From: Candidatus Uhrbacteria bacterium
GTDB taxonomy: Bacteria; Patescibacteriota; Patescibacteriia; GWA2-47-26
Reading direction: 5' to 3'
DNA: 64,000 nucleotides
Assembly: GCA_016187515.1 (NCBI GenBank)
Contig: JACPJN010000008.1
Span: 4,525 to 68,524, forward strand
The translations under genes were made by a program, and so were the position numbers. Under the pieces are notes generated by a model. The model saw only the letters and a program-made list of their open reading frames with translations. It was not told the DNA's origin and made no database searches. Positions 1 through 9,239 of the stretch are shown here, piece after piece. The first letter of the stretch is position 1; each line of letters begins with the position of its first letter.

Positions 1-3
1 GGA

Positions 4-588
4 TTGAAGCAAGGGCGGTACGGCAGCACCGTTACGGCGAAAACCGCCGGAGAAGTTATCGCGGCCTTAGCAAATTCCAGTTCGCTGGCGCCCAGAGTGA
101 TTCTTTACTCCGGCGACCTTGAAATTCTGGGTCGGGTGGCAATTCCTTCCACTCGCGGCGGAGTAACGGTCTTGGTTGATGGCAATCTATTGTTCGGATC
201 AGCTTCAGAATCAGCGCGCGTTGTCTATGAATCCGGCGTTAATTCCGATCCCCGTAAAATCCCGTCGGTCGCCTGGATCGCGCTTGATCCTAACCTGAAT
301 GATGATCTGGTAGAAGGCAATATTCAGATCGACCCTTCTGTCGGTGAGTTAGTGGGCGCTCTTTTTGCCGCCGATACCATTGCCACCGGCGCGGGAGGAA
401 GACAGCTTCAGGTGCAGGGGCTAATGGTGGCGCGGCGGTTTAGATTTGAGCGGGAATATACTCCTGATCCGGAGGAACCGCAGGGAGCGGAGGTAATTAT
501 TTATGACGGACGCGTGGCGCTCAATCCTCCTCCGGGACTTGCCGATCTGGTGAAAACCTTGCCAACCTCCAATGTGGTCCCGCGCTAG
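4..588 (+). CDS. hypothetical protein, 5' truncated by window edge
   Basis: ORF open from the window start. No recognisable motif. Immediately upstream of pilM. Confidence 0.3.
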   Translation: MKQGRYGSTVTAKTAGEVIAALANSSSLAPRVILYSGDLEILGRVAIPSTRGGVTVLVDGNLLFGSASESARVVYESGVNSDPRKIPSVAWIALDPNLNDDLVEGNIQIDPSVGELVGALFAADTIATGAGGRQLQVQGLMVARRFRFEREYTPDPEEPQGAEVIIYDGRVALNPPPGLADLVKTLPTSNVVPR

Positions 589-618
589 TGGATAAGACCT
601 ATTCGACCTATCGGACTT

Positions 619-1707
619 ATGAGCATATTTAAACGAAAACAAAAAGGATACCTGGGGATAGATTTTGGCGCGGGAGGAATTAAGGTTATCCAGCTTGCTC
701 CGGAGGGCGGGCGGGGAAACCTTTTTACCTATGGATTTACCGAACGCCCGCCCGAAGAGATTGGCGGGGACTACTTGGAATCCGCGGAGATTGCCGGCGG
801 TCTTTTAAAGCAGATCTGCGCCAGAGCGCGGACTTCGGTTACCCACGCGGTATCCGCCCTGCCGATCCCCACCGTATTTTCCGCCGTGTTATCCATCGCG
901 GCCGTGCCTAAAAAAGAGCTGCTCAAGGCCGTGGAGTGGGAGGCCAAAAAGCTTATCCCGCTTCCGCTGGAGGAAGTGCGCCTGGACTACAAAGAGCTTA
1001 ATCTAAAAGGCGAAAAGGCGGACCGCGGGGAAGAGCAAGGCGCCCGCGGCGGGTCGGCGGAGTCAATTGCGGTCTTGTTAACCGCGGCGCCGCGGAGTAT
1101 AATAGATAAGTACCTGGCCATTGCCAAAGTTGCCGGGCTGAATCTCGGCTCGCTCGAGACCGAGGCCTTCGCGCTCATCCGCGCCCTTATTGGAAAGGAC
1201 TTATCGCCCGCGGTTATCCTGGATATGGGGGCGCTCCGCTCCAACATTCTGATGGTTGATCGGGGAATTCCGATGTTTACGCGCTCCATAGAAATTGGAG
1301 GAAAACGGTGCACCGAGGCGATCGCGCAGTCCTTGAAGGTGAACCTTGGCCAGGCCGAGGCAATGAAGCGCGATGTAAGCGCGCCGGCGGGAGCGGCCCC
1401 CCCCTCGGATATTCCGCATATTTTGCAAGAGGTGCTTCAGCCGCTCGTGAATGAGATGAAGTATAGTTTTCATGTCTATCGCACGCGAAATGTCATTGCC
1501 CGTCCTCCGGAGCGAATCATTTTAACCGGAGGCGGCGCGCAAATTGCCGGATTTGCGGAGTTTCTTAGCCGAGAGTTCAATATTCGCGCGTTTATCGGCA
1601 ATCCTTGGGAGCGCGTGAATGTGCCTCCGGATTTAGCGCCCCTGCTTCAGGGATTTGGAAGCCGTTTCGCGGTCGCGATCGGACTCGCCTTGCGCAATAT
1701 TATCTAA
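619..1707 (+). CDS. pilM: type IV pilus assembly protein PilM (actin-like ATPase fold)
   Basis: N-terminus LGIDFGAGGIKVIQL is typical of PilM/FtsA-like proteins. First gene of a pilMNO-pilB-pilC cluster. Confidence 0.7.
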   Translation: MSIFKRKQKGYLGIDFGAGGIKVIQLAPEGGRGNLFTYGFTERPPEEIGGDYLESAEIAGGLLKQICARARTSVTHAVSALPIPTVFSAVLSIAAVPKKELLKAVEWEAKKLIPLPLEEVRLDYKELNLKGEKADRGEEQGARGGSAESIAVLLTAAPRSIIDKYLAIAKVAGLNLGSLETEAFALIRALIGKDLSPAVILDMGALRSNILMVDRGIPMFTRSIEIGGKRCTEAIAQSLKVNLGQAEAMKRDVSAPAGAAPPSDIPHILQEVLQPLVNEMKYSFHVYRTRNVIARPPERIILTGGGAQIAGFAEFLSREFNIRAFIGNPWERVNVPPDLAPLLQGFGSRFAVAIGLALRNII

Positions 1708-1715
1708 CCCTTGAT

Positions 1716-2318
1716 ATGGCCAAAAAAATAAGACCATCCGCGCCGGTGGAGGTTAGCTTACTGCCGGATGATCCGGGTCGGAGAGCGGATCACGGGCGTA
1801 AAAGTTTGGCGTACATACTTTGGCTGGTACTGCTCGCTCTTGTGGCGGGGCTCACGGTAACCGCCGGGTATTTTCGATTCTCCGCGAATAAGATGAGCGA
1901 TAAAAGCGCGGTATTGCTCCGGCAGCTGCGGGATCTGGACCGGCAGATTGGTGAAGCGGAGCGGAAGGTTGGTCCGGTGAAGGATATTGGCCGACGTATT
2001 GGGTTGGCCAAAAGCGCGCTGGCCCAGCACCTTAGCGGTTTTCCATTACTGGAAGCGCTTCAGGCGACCGCGATTCCCGAGGTGGTCGTTAAGCAAATCA
2101 ACGCGGATGCCAAAGGTACGGTAGTGCTCTCCGGCCGCGGTAAGACCGTCAGTACGGTAATTCGGCAAATTTTGGCCTGGAATGGCCACCCGGCGGTTCA
2201 AGATGTGAAAATTTCCGGAATTTCCAATATTCTAAATAACGTGGGAGAGCTGGAAGGGGTGGAGTTCACCGCGACACTGATTTTTGATTCCGCATTATTT
2301 ACAAGCGGTCTAAAATAG
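1716..2318 (+). CDS. pilN: PilN-like pilus assembly protein; start reassigned to the ATG at 1716
   Basis: Single N-terminal TM helix (LAYILWLVLLALVAGLTVTAGYF) followed by a coiled-coil region. Position after pilM. The ORF-track start at 1605 overlaps pilM in another frame. Confidence 0.55.
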   Translation: MAKKIRPSAPVEVSLLPDDPGRRADHGRKSLAYILWLVLLALVAGLTVTAGYFRFSANKMSDKSAVLLRQLRDLDRQIGEAERKVGPVKDIGRRIGLAKSALAQHLSGFPLLEALQATAIPEVVVKQINADAKGTVVLSGRGKTVSTVIRQILAWNGHPAVQDVKISGISNILNNVGELEGVEFTATLIFDSALFTSGLK

Positions 2319-2323
2319 CGGGT

Positions 2324-2998
2324 ATGTCAGTTTCATTTTTTTCACGCGTCAGCGCGCTTATCCCGGGGATTTTGGCGGTACTGGTTGGAACCATCGGATT
2401 CAGCGTTTTATTGCGGCCGGGCCTGGATCGTTTTCAGGAGATTCGCGCGGAGCTTAATGGGCGGCAGCGCGATTATCAGGACGCCCGGACGCGTTTTGGC
2501 GAATTAAGTGAAATTGAAAACCGGTTAAAAGCAATCAGCCCGGATGAGCTTAAAAAACTAAAAGCATTTTTCGTGGAAGCGCCGGAAGTTGCGCATCTGC
2601 TTAACGCTTTGGCGGATCGGGCGGCCGCGGCGGGTTTTTTTATCGGATCGCTGGAGGTCGGACGGGCACGGGAGACGGAAATAACGGGCCCGCTTACGGA
2701 TGTCAGCATTCAAGTGCAATTAAAAGGCGGAGGATATCGCGAGCTTAAGCAATTGCTTTATCTGCTCTCTAAAACCGTGCCGCTTCTGGATTTTACCTCT
2801 TTTGCTTTTCAACCCCAAAACGCGCTAGTCAGTTTGAATCTCAAAGCCCGGGCGGTCGTGAAAGCCGATACTCCGAGCGCGGTTCCGCTGGATGTGAGTT
2901 TTTTCACTGATCCGAATTTTCAGGCGCTTTCCGCTCCGGTGGATCTGCCGGCGCTCGAGGCGGTTGGCCGAGAAAATCCGTTCGCGCCCTTAGAGTGA
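2324..2998 (+). CDS. pilO: PilO-like pilus assembly protein
   Basis: N-terminal TM helix plus coiled coil. Gene order pilM-N-O. Confidence 0.5.
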   Translation: MSVSFFSRVSALIPGILAVLVGTIGFSVLLRPGLDRFQEIRAELNGRQRDYQDARTRFGELSEIENRLKAISPDELKKLKAFFVEAPEVAHLLNALADRAAAAGFFIGSLEVGRARETEITGPLTDVSIQVQLKGGGYRELKQLLYLLSKTVPLLDFTSFAFQPQNALVSLNLKARAVVKADTPSAVPLDVSFFTDPNFQALSAPVDLPALEAVGRENPFAPLE

Positions 2999-3059
2999 CT
3001 GTTGCCGATGGAGTAGTTTGACTCCGGGATTGGTCGGAAAATGAAACCACCACCGCAGT

Positions 3060-4802
3060 ATGCAATCGTTGGTACAGGTACAAAACGAATTTCTGAAATT
3101 TTTGGTTAGCCAGGGCCTCCTCTCTAATGAAAGCGCCCGGGAGGTTGAGCAGCACGCGAGCGCCGAAGGGGTTGCGGCTGATCAGCTGCTGGTCCGCGAG
3201 AAAATTATTTCCGAGGAGGAATTAACCAAGCGGAAGGCCGTTTTTTTCGGTATTCCGTACGCTGATCTAACCGGCCAGCGCGTTGATCCGCGAGTCCTAA
3301 AGATTATCCCCAAGCATGTCGCGGAGAACTATCACGTCGTCGCTTTCGGAAGGGATGCCGGCGAACTTAAAGTGGCAATTGCAGACCCGCGTAATTTTCA
3401 AGCGATGGCCGCGCTTGATGTGCTGGCCTCCAAGGTGAACCTGCGCTTGCGGTATTATGCCGCGTCACCCTCTAGTTTTGATTCCGCGTTTAAGGGCTAC
3501 GCGGAACTCAAAGGCGAAGTGGAGGAAGCCGCGGAAGTCGCCCGAAAAGAGCTGGAACCGACCGGCAAAAAGGACGCCGCGCCGGTAGCGGAGGTGATTA
3601 AAGGAGCGCCGGTTTCCCGCATCGTATCCGTTATTATGCGGCATGCCTATGAAGGGCACGCTTCCGATATTCACATCGAACTTCATCAAGGAACCTCGCG
3701 CGTGCGCTATCGGATTGACGGAGTATTGCGGACTACCCTGACCTTGCCGGAGGCGCTTCACTCTTCCATCATCGCGCGCGTTAAAGTGCTCGCCAATTTA
3801 AAACTCGACGAAACGCGGGTTCCCCAAGACGGCCGGATTACCGAGACGATTGGAGATAGACCCATTGATTTCCGCGTCTCCACTTTGCCGCTCCAGGAGG
3901 GGGTGGAAAAAGTAGTGCTCCGGATTCTTTCCACCGAAAGCGCGCCAACGCTGGCCGATCTCGGATTCAATGCCGAGCATATAAAAATTATTGAGAGTAA
4001 TATAAAAAAGCCGCACGGCCTGATCCTGATTTCCGGTCCAACCGGCGCGGGTAAGTCCACCACCCTGTACGCGATATTGACTTTGCTCAATCGCGAAGGG
4101 ATTAATATCGTGACCCTGGAAGACCCGATCGAATACTTCATTGAAGGGATTAATCAGTCGCAGATTCGTCCGGAGGTTGGCTATACTTTCGCCACCGGGC
4201 TGCGTTCAATCTTGCGCCAAGACCCCAATGTGATTATGGTCGGGGAGATTCGCGACGGAGAAACTGCCGAACTTGGCGTGCATGCCGGACTAACCGGACA
4301 CCTGCTGCTGACAACCATTCATACCAATGACGTGCTGGGCGTTATCCCGCGGCTTATTGATCTGAAAGTCGAACCGTTTTTGCTGGCCGCGACATTTATG
4401 CTGGGTATTGCCCAGCGCCTGGCCCGGAAGATCTGTCCGGATTGCAAGGAAACCGCGAAAATCCCCGATAGTTTGGCGGCCGCCATGCGGGACGAGCTGA
4501 AGAAAATTCCGAAGCGTTATCTTACGGACAATATCAATAGCGGCGCGCCCTTGACATTTTATCGCGGCCGGGGATGCCCAAAGTGTGGTACAATGGGTTA
4601 TCGGGGACGCGTGGCCGTCTCGGAAGTCCTGCAGGTAACGCCCGCCTTGTCGCAGCTAATCGCGGACGGTTTTAAAATGGGCGATGAAGTAACCCGCGAA
4701 TTATCCGCGCAAGAAATGATTAGCATGAAACAAGACGCCCTGCTAAAAGCGCTTCAAGGACTGACCACGATTGAGGAAGTTCTGCGCGTGAGTAAAGAAT
4801 GA
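3060..4802 (+). CDS. pilB: type IV pilus assembly ATPase PilB (GspE family)
   Basis: Walker A ISGPTGAGKSTTLYA, GspE signature region, and C-terminal zinc knuckle CPDCK...CPKCG. Confidence 0.9.
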   Translation: MQSLVQVQNEFLKFLVSQGLLSNESAREVEQHASAEGVAADQLLVREKIISEEELTKRKAVFFGIPYADLTGQRVDPRVLKIIPKHVAENYHVVAFGRDAGELKVAIADPRNFQAMAALDVLASKVNLRLRYYAASPSSFDSAFKGYAELKGEVEEAAEVARKELEPTGKKDAAPVAEVIKGAPVSRIVSVIMRHAYEGHASDIHIELHQGTSRVRYRIDGVLRTTLTLPEALHSSIIARVKVLANLKLDETRVPQDGRITETIGDRPIDFRVSTLPLQEGVEKVVLRILSTESAPTLADLGFNAEHIKIIESNIKKPHGLILISGPTGAGKSTTLYAILTLLNREGINIVTLEDPIEYFIEGINQSQIRPEVGYTFATGLRSILRQDPNVIMVGEIRDGETAELGVHAGLTGHLLLTTIHTNDVLGVIPRLIDLKVEPFLLAATFMLGIAQRLARKICPDCKETAKIPDSLAAAMRDELKKIPKRYLTDNINSGAPLTFYRGRGCPKCGTMGYRGRVAVSEVLQVTPALSQLIADGFKMGDEVTRELSAQEMISMKQDALLKALQGLTTIEEVLRVSKE

Positions 4803-4831
4803 TAAAGTAATAAAATAATAAAACTAATCGT

Positions 4832-5218
4832 ATGCCGCAATCGAAAAAGACCAAAATTCTAATTGTGGAGGATGATACCTTTCTCGCGGGCATTTACGCG
4901 AATAAATTTGAGAAGGAAGGATTTGAAGTGTCGCTGGCAACGGATGGCGAGGCGGGACTGAAGGCCGCCGGCAAAGAAAAACCCGACATCGTTCTGCTGG
5001 ATATTTTACTTCCCAAGCTGGACGGTTTTGAAGTGCTGGAAAAGTTAAAGGCGGATACGGGACTGCGCGCGATACCGGTAATCTTGCTCACTAATCTTGG
5101 ACAGAAAGAGGATGTTGATAAAGGACTGAAATTGGGCGCGGCCGACTACCTGATCAAGGCGCATTTCATGCCTTCGGAGACCGTAGATAAGGTGAAAAAG
5201 GTCTTGAGCGCGACATGA
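4832..5218 (+). CDS. CheY-like response regulator receiver domain protein (PilH-like single-domain regulator)
   Basis: KILIVEDD..DIVLLDILLPKLDGFEVL..PVILLTNLG..AADYLIK receiver-domain motifs including the phospho-acceptor Asp. 128 aa with no output domain. Confidence 0.8.
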   Translation: MPQSKKTKILIVEDDTFLAGIYANKFEKEGFEVSLATDGEAGLKAAGKEKPDIVLLDILLPKLDGFEVLEKLKADTGLRAIPVILLTNLGQKEDVDKGLKLGAADYLIKAHFMPSETVDKVKKVLSAT

Positions 5219-5232
5219 TCCGTTTTTAAATT

Positions 5233-6432
5233 ATGGCCGCCTTTAAGTATCGCGCCCGCAGCAAAGCGGGCAAGGTAATTGTCGGAAGGATTGACGCGCC
5301 CAGTATTCAGTTCGCGGAGGATACGCTTTCCGAGCGAGGGCTTCAGGTCATTCTTCTGGAGGAGACGCGCGAGCGCTTTACGATTTCATGGCTCCACGGC
5401 CGGGTTACCGCGCGTGAACTCGTTATTCTTTTTCGTCAGCTTTCCACGCTTTCCGGCGCGAACGTGCCGCTGGTGCAGTCCTTGCGGACGATTGTCGCGC
5501 AGACGACCAATCACGAGCTCAAACGCGTCCTGGCGCTTGTCGCTGACGACGTAGAGGGCGGAGCGCGGCTTTCTTTCGCGTGCGCGAAGCATCCGCGGAT
5601 CTTCACCAATTTTTTTGTAAGCATGCTGAAGTCCGGGGAAACCGCCGGCCGGCTCGCGGAGGTTCTGGAGTACCTTGCCAATCAAACCGAGAAAGAATAT
5701 GATTTGGTTTCCAAAGTGCGCGGGGCGCTGATCTACCCGGCGTTTATTGTTTTTGGAATGCTGGCGGTGGGCGTCGTGCTTTTGGTTTTTGTCATTCCCC
5801 AGCTTACCCAGGTCCTTATTGAATCCGGGGCTGAACTCCCCCTGACGACCCGGATGCTCATCACCAGTTCGGATTTCATGCGGAGCTTTTGGTGGCTGAT
5901 TCTGATTTTTATTGTGGCCGCCTTCGGCGCGTTCCGCTGGGGTTTGCGTTTTAGCGATTTTCGATTGCGGGTGGATACCTGGAAACTGCGGATGCCGATC
6001 CTGGGCACCCTGTTGCAGAAAATTTATTTGGCCAGGATTACGCGGAGTTTGCAGATCCTTATTTCCGGGGGAGTTGACGCGGTGGGGGCGCTCGAGGTGA
6101 CTTCCGACGTAGTGGGAAATAAATATTATGAGGAATTATTGCGGGAAACCAAGCGCGAAGTCGCGGATGGCAGTCCAATGACCACAGTACTCCAGCAAAG
6201 CCCGCTGGTTCCCGGAATGGTTTCCCAGATGCTTACGGTTGGCGAAGAAACCGGACAATTTACCGCCATTTTAGATAAACTGACCGGATTTTATACGCGG
6301 GAGGTTGATAATGCCGTAACCACCCTGGTTTCCGTGATCGAACCGCTGCTCATGGTTGTTATTGGGATTGGAGTGGGACTCGTGGTGGCCTCGATTATTT
6401 TGCCAATGTATCGGCTGGCGGGACAATTTTAA
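5233..6432 (+). CDS. pilC: type IV pilus inner-membrane platform protein PilC (GspF family)
   Basis: Two GspF-type repeats with TM segments. Follows pilB. Confidence 0.85.
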   Translation: MAAFKYRARSKAGKVIVGRIDAPSIQFAEDTLSERGLQVILLEETRERFTISWLHGRVTARELVILFRQLSTLSGANVPLVQSLRTIVAQTTNHELKRVLALVADDVEGGARLSFACAKHPRIFTNFFVSMLKSGETAGRLAEVLEYLANQTEKEYDLVSKVRGALIYPAFIVFGMLAVGVVLLVFVIPQLTQVLIESGAELPLTTRMLITSSDFMRSFWWLILIFIVAAFGAFRWGLRFSDFRLRVDTWKLRMPILGTLLQKIYLARITRSLQILISGGVDAVGALEVTSDVVGNKYYEELLRETKREVADGSPMTTVLQQSPLVPGMVSQMLTVGEETGQFTAILDKLTGFYTREVDNAVTTLVSVIEPLLMVVIGIGVGLVVASIILPMYRLAGQF

Positions 6433-6435
6433 GCG

Positions 6436-6532
6436 TGGTATACTAGTCCTATGTGGATAAGTGACCCCGATCGCGATCGGGGTCATCCTGAGGAGTCCCG
6501 ACCAAGTCGGGACGACGAAGGATCTCGCGCCT
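6436..6532 (+). promoter_or_regulatory. putative pilin promoter (extended -10 TGgTATACT at 6436-6444) and structured 5' UTR with two perfect hairpins (6463-6484 GACCCCGATCGCGATCGGGGTC; 6495-6513 GTCCCGACCAAGTCGGGAC)
   Basis: Read directly from the sequence. Sits between the pilC stop and the pilin ATG at 6533. Confidence 0.35.
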
Positions 6533-6976
6533 ATGAAGAAGAAGGGTTTTACCCTAATTGAGCTTTTAGTGGTCATCGCGATTATCGGAATACTCGCGGT
6601 AGTCAGCGCCGTATCGCTTAATCAGGCGCGCCGGCGCGCGCGGGATACCAAACGCGTCGCGGATATACAGCAGCTGCGCAATGCCATGCTGTTATATTCA
6701 AATTCGCGCGCGGATTATCCGGCCGGGAGCGGGGTTAACCTTGGCGAGGGAAACGCGCGCTGTCTTGATGATGACGGCTTGCACGACAATTGCGCTCCGG
6801 GCGGCCTGCTCATTATGGAGCGCGTGCCGGGCGAGGCGACAAACGGCCACCCCGAATATGTCTATACGAGGGTCGATGCCAATGAGTATCAGATTACGTT
6901 TCAATTGGAAGGGCCGATCGGCGATTTAGCCGGCGGGAATTGTACCGCCGATTCAGAGGCGATTACCTGTACTTAG
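6533..6976 (+). CDS. type IV pilin (prepilin with class III signal peptide MKKKG|FTLIELLVVIAIIGIL)
   Basis: Canonical prepilin peptidase cleavage motif G/FTLIE and hydrophobic N-terminal helix. Cys pair near the C-terminus. Start reassigned from 6461 to the ATG at 6533. Confidence 0.8.
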   Translation: MKKKGFTLIELLVVIAIIGILAVVSAVSLNQARRRARDTKRVADIQQLRNAMLLYSNSRADYPAGSGVNLGEGNARCLDDDGLHDNCAPGGLLIMERVPGEATNGHPEYVYTRVDANEYQITFQLEGPIGDLAGGNCTADSEAITCT

Positions 6977-7011
6977 GCCTCGTCCTTAAGCAAAAGAAAG
7001 GGGGTGAGACA

Positions 7012-7536
7012 ATGACAATAAGAATGAAAAATGCAAAATTGAAAATGCAAAATAGGCGGGGCTTCACCCTCATTGAACTTTTGGTAGTGATCGCGATTAT
7101 CGGAATACTCTCGACGCTGGCCGTTGTCTCACTTGGCAATGCTCGAGTACGCGCTCGAGATTCTAAGCGAGTGGCGGATATTCGCAATACCCAGACCGCG
7201 CTGGAGATCTACTACACCGACCGGACTGCCTATCCGGCGGCAGCTACCTCTGGCGCATGCGTGCCGGGAACTACGCTGGAAGGCTGCTGTCTGGAGAATG
7301 CGGCAACTGGCGGCGGATGGCTCGCGACCTGCACCAGCGCCAACCGTTTGATCACCGTGCCCAATGACCCGCGAAACGGGACCGGGACCACGGATGACTA
7401 TCTTTATCAGCAAAGCGGGAGCAATTACTCAATCACCTTTAACCTGGAGAGCGGCGCGGGGGATTTGAGCAGCGGAGCGAATTGCGCGCGGCCGTCTGGA
7501 ATTTCTGCAGTCGGTACAGGTACATGCGCGCCATAG
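7012..7536 (+). CDS. type IV pilin paralog with a long leader (MTIRMKNAKLKMQNRRG|FTLIELLVVIAIIGIL)
   Basis: Same prepilin N-terminal domain after a 17-aa K/M/Q/N-rich leader encoded by AAAATGCAAAAT-type repeats. The ORF-track start 6940 is a TTG; the ATG at 7012 is preferred. Confidence 0.75.
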   Translation: MTIRMKNAKLKMQNRRGFTLIELLVVIAIIGILSTLAVVSLGNARVRARDSKRVADIRNTQTALEIYYTDRTAYPAAATSGACVPGTTLEGCCLENAATGGGWLATCTSANRLITVPNDPRNGTGTTDDYLYQQSGSNYSITFNLESGAGDLSSGANCARPSGISAVGTGTCAP

Positions 7537-7563
7537 GGCCGATCCAGACGTAGTAAGGAAGCG

Positions 7564-7599
7564 AAGGCTGCCTCATGAAGAGGCAGCCTTTTGCGTTTT
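7564..7599 (+). terminator. rho-independent terminator after the second pilin (AAGGCTGCCTC-atgaag-GAGGCAGCCTT + TTTGCGTTTTG)
   Basis: Perfect 11-bp stem followed by a T-rich tract. Confidence 0.6.
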
Positions 7600-7617
7600 G
7601 TGATACAATAGTGGACT

Positions 7618-8487
7618 ATGACGGCAATCATTTTTGTCCTTGGTTTGGCTGTGGGTAGTTTTTTAAATGCTTATATTTGGCGTTTACACGCAATGACGGA
7701 TAGCCGCGGATTAAGTGGACAGCTAGCCGCGGATCACCGATTACCACGAATTTGGGAAGGACGATCAATGTGCCCCAAGTGCCGCAAGACCTTGCGCTGG
7801 TTGGAGTTAATTCCGCTGGTCTCATTTATTATCCAACTCGGCCGCTGCCGGGGGTGCAAGGCTCGTATTGATATCCAATATCCACTTGTTGAACTAGCGA
7901 CTGGTATTTTGTTCGTACTAAGTGTTTGGAATTTGTCCTCCCACGGCGGACCCGCCTCGGGCGGGGAAATTGGGATTTGGGATTTGTTTCGGATTTCGGA
8001 TTTCGGATTTCGGATTTTACCACAGTGGTACTTATTGGCCGTACTGGTCATTCTGTTCGTCTACGATCTTCGCTTTGGGTTGGTTCCGGACCGTGTCGTA
8101 TTGCCGGCAATCCTGATCGCCTTTCTGTATGGCATGATTCGTCCGGGTCAGATAAATCAATTATCCATGATTCATAATTCATTATTCATGATTCTGGCAA
8201 CCACGGTTGGCGCCGGCTTTTTCGCGCTTCAATACTATCTTTCCAAAGGCCGCTGGCTTGGCGCCGGCGACATCCGCATCGGCGCGCTGATGGGAGCGAT
8301 GCTGGGTTTTCCGCTGATTTTTGAAGGGCTGGCAGTGTCGTATTTTATAGGCGGCGCGGTGGGAATCGGATTGCTGGCGGCGGGACGAAAGCGGTTTGGG
8401 GAGACCCTGCCCTTGGGAACATTTTTAACCGTCGGCGCCGCGATCGCGTTTTTGTATGGTCAGGAGCTTTGGAACTGGTATTTTTGA
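7618..8487 (+). CDS. pilD: prepilin peptidase PilD (A24 family) carrying an in-frame repeat insertion at about 7920-8030
   Basis: N-terminal zinc-binding CPKC...CRGC domain and polytopic membrane peptidase domain with a GAGDIRIGALMGAMLG-type motif. The insertion encodes SSHGGPASGGEIGIWDLFRISDFGFRILPQ, made of tandem TCGGATTT and GGGATTTG repeats. Confidence 0.8.
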   Translation: MTAIIFVLGLAVGSFLNAYIWRLHAMTDSRGLSGQLAADHRLPRIWEGRSMCPKCRKTLRWLELIPLVSFIIQLGRCRGCKARIDIQYPLVELATGILFVLSVWNLSSHGGPASGGEIGIWDLFRISDFGFRILPQWYLLAVLVILFVYDLRFGLVPDRVVLPAILIAFLYGMIRPGQINQLSMIHNSLFMILATTVGAGFFALQYYLSKGRWLGAGDIRIGALMGAMLGFPLIFEGLAVSYFIGGAVGIGLLAAGRKRFGETLPLGTFLTVGAAIAFLYGQELWNWYF

Positions 8488-8491
8488 TAAT

Positions 8492-9223
8492 ATGAGTACG
8501 AATTGCGAATCTCGCGCAAATACTACTAATTCGAGTGATCGATATATTCGTAATATTCGCAACTCATTCGTTGATTCGTACACAGAGCGCGGAGCGCGAG
8601 GTTTTACGCTTATTGAGCTCTTGGTGGTGATTGCGATTTTTGGCATCGTGACAACCGCCGTGGTCGCTAATTTAAAAATCGGCGAGCAGGGAAGCGAGTT
8701 GCGCCTTTCCGCGCAGGCCCTGGTCAGCCAGCTTCGAGAAATGCAAACCATGGCGCAGACCGGTAAAACGGTTAAAATGTGCGCCGGGCAGGGCGCGGTT
8801 GGGTCCCCGGGATATTGCGAGGATAGGCAGGCCGGCGGCCTTTGCGAAAATACAAATATCCAGTGCGATTGCAGCTGTGTTGATCAAGTCCCGCCCGGCG
8901 GCTATGGTCTGCGCATTGATCGTACGGCCGTTACGGCTTTTGTGGATATCAATCGCTCCCATGTTTATGAGGAAGGAGAGGAATTTACCGGTGTGGACTT
9001 TGAACTTCCGCGGCGGATCGCGGTTTCCGAACTTATTCCCGCGGCTCCTCTGGATATTGTCTTTACTCCGCCCGCCGGATCCGTCTGGATTAACGGGTGC
9101 GATTCGGGAATTGCCGAAAATGACTGTCCTCCTGCCGCGCGGGTTACTTTAGGGCACGCGCGGCTCCCGCAAGTCCGGACCGTTACGATTTACCGCGTGA
9201 GCGGAAGAATCGAGTCGGAATAA
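8492..9223 (+). CDS. pseudopilin / minor pilin (prepilin-type N-terminal domain ..RG|FTLIELLVVIAIFGIV) with a long 37-aa leader; start uncertain
   Basis: Prepilin cleavage/methylation motif. ATG at 8492 in the frame of the 8456 ORF, which overlaps the pilD end. Many Cys in the C-terminal domain. Confidence 0.55.
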   Translation: MSTNCESRANTTNSSDRYIRNIRNSFVDSYTERGARGFTLIELLVVIAIFGIVTTAVVANLKIGEQGSELRLSAQALVSQLREMQTMAQTGKTVKMCAGQGAVGSPGYCEDRQAGGLCENTNIQCDCSCVDQVPPGGYGLRIDRTAVTAFVDINRSHVYEEGEEFTGVDFELPRRIAVSELIPAAPLDIVFTPPAGSVWINGCDSGIAENDCPPAARVTLGHARLPQVRTVTIYRVSGRIESE

Positions 9224-9239
9224 TTTTTTACGAAAATTT

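Noticed and set aside
421-642. Numerous short antisense ORFs listed in the six-frame track (for example 421-642, 987-1313, 3465-4141, 12204-13127, 14922-15625)
   Set aside because: They lie fully inside longer, motif-supported genes on the opposite strand and have no RBS or conserved features.
1605-1715. ORF-track start of pilN at 1605 (overlapping pilM by about 100 nt)
   Set aside because: An in-frame ATG at 1716 directly after the pilM stop gives a typical PilN N-terminus. The upstream extension overlaps pilM in a different frame.
6420-6460. Sigma-54 promoter for the pilin gene
   Set aside because: No TGGCAC-N5-TTGCA match. An extended -10 (TGgTATACT) is present instead.
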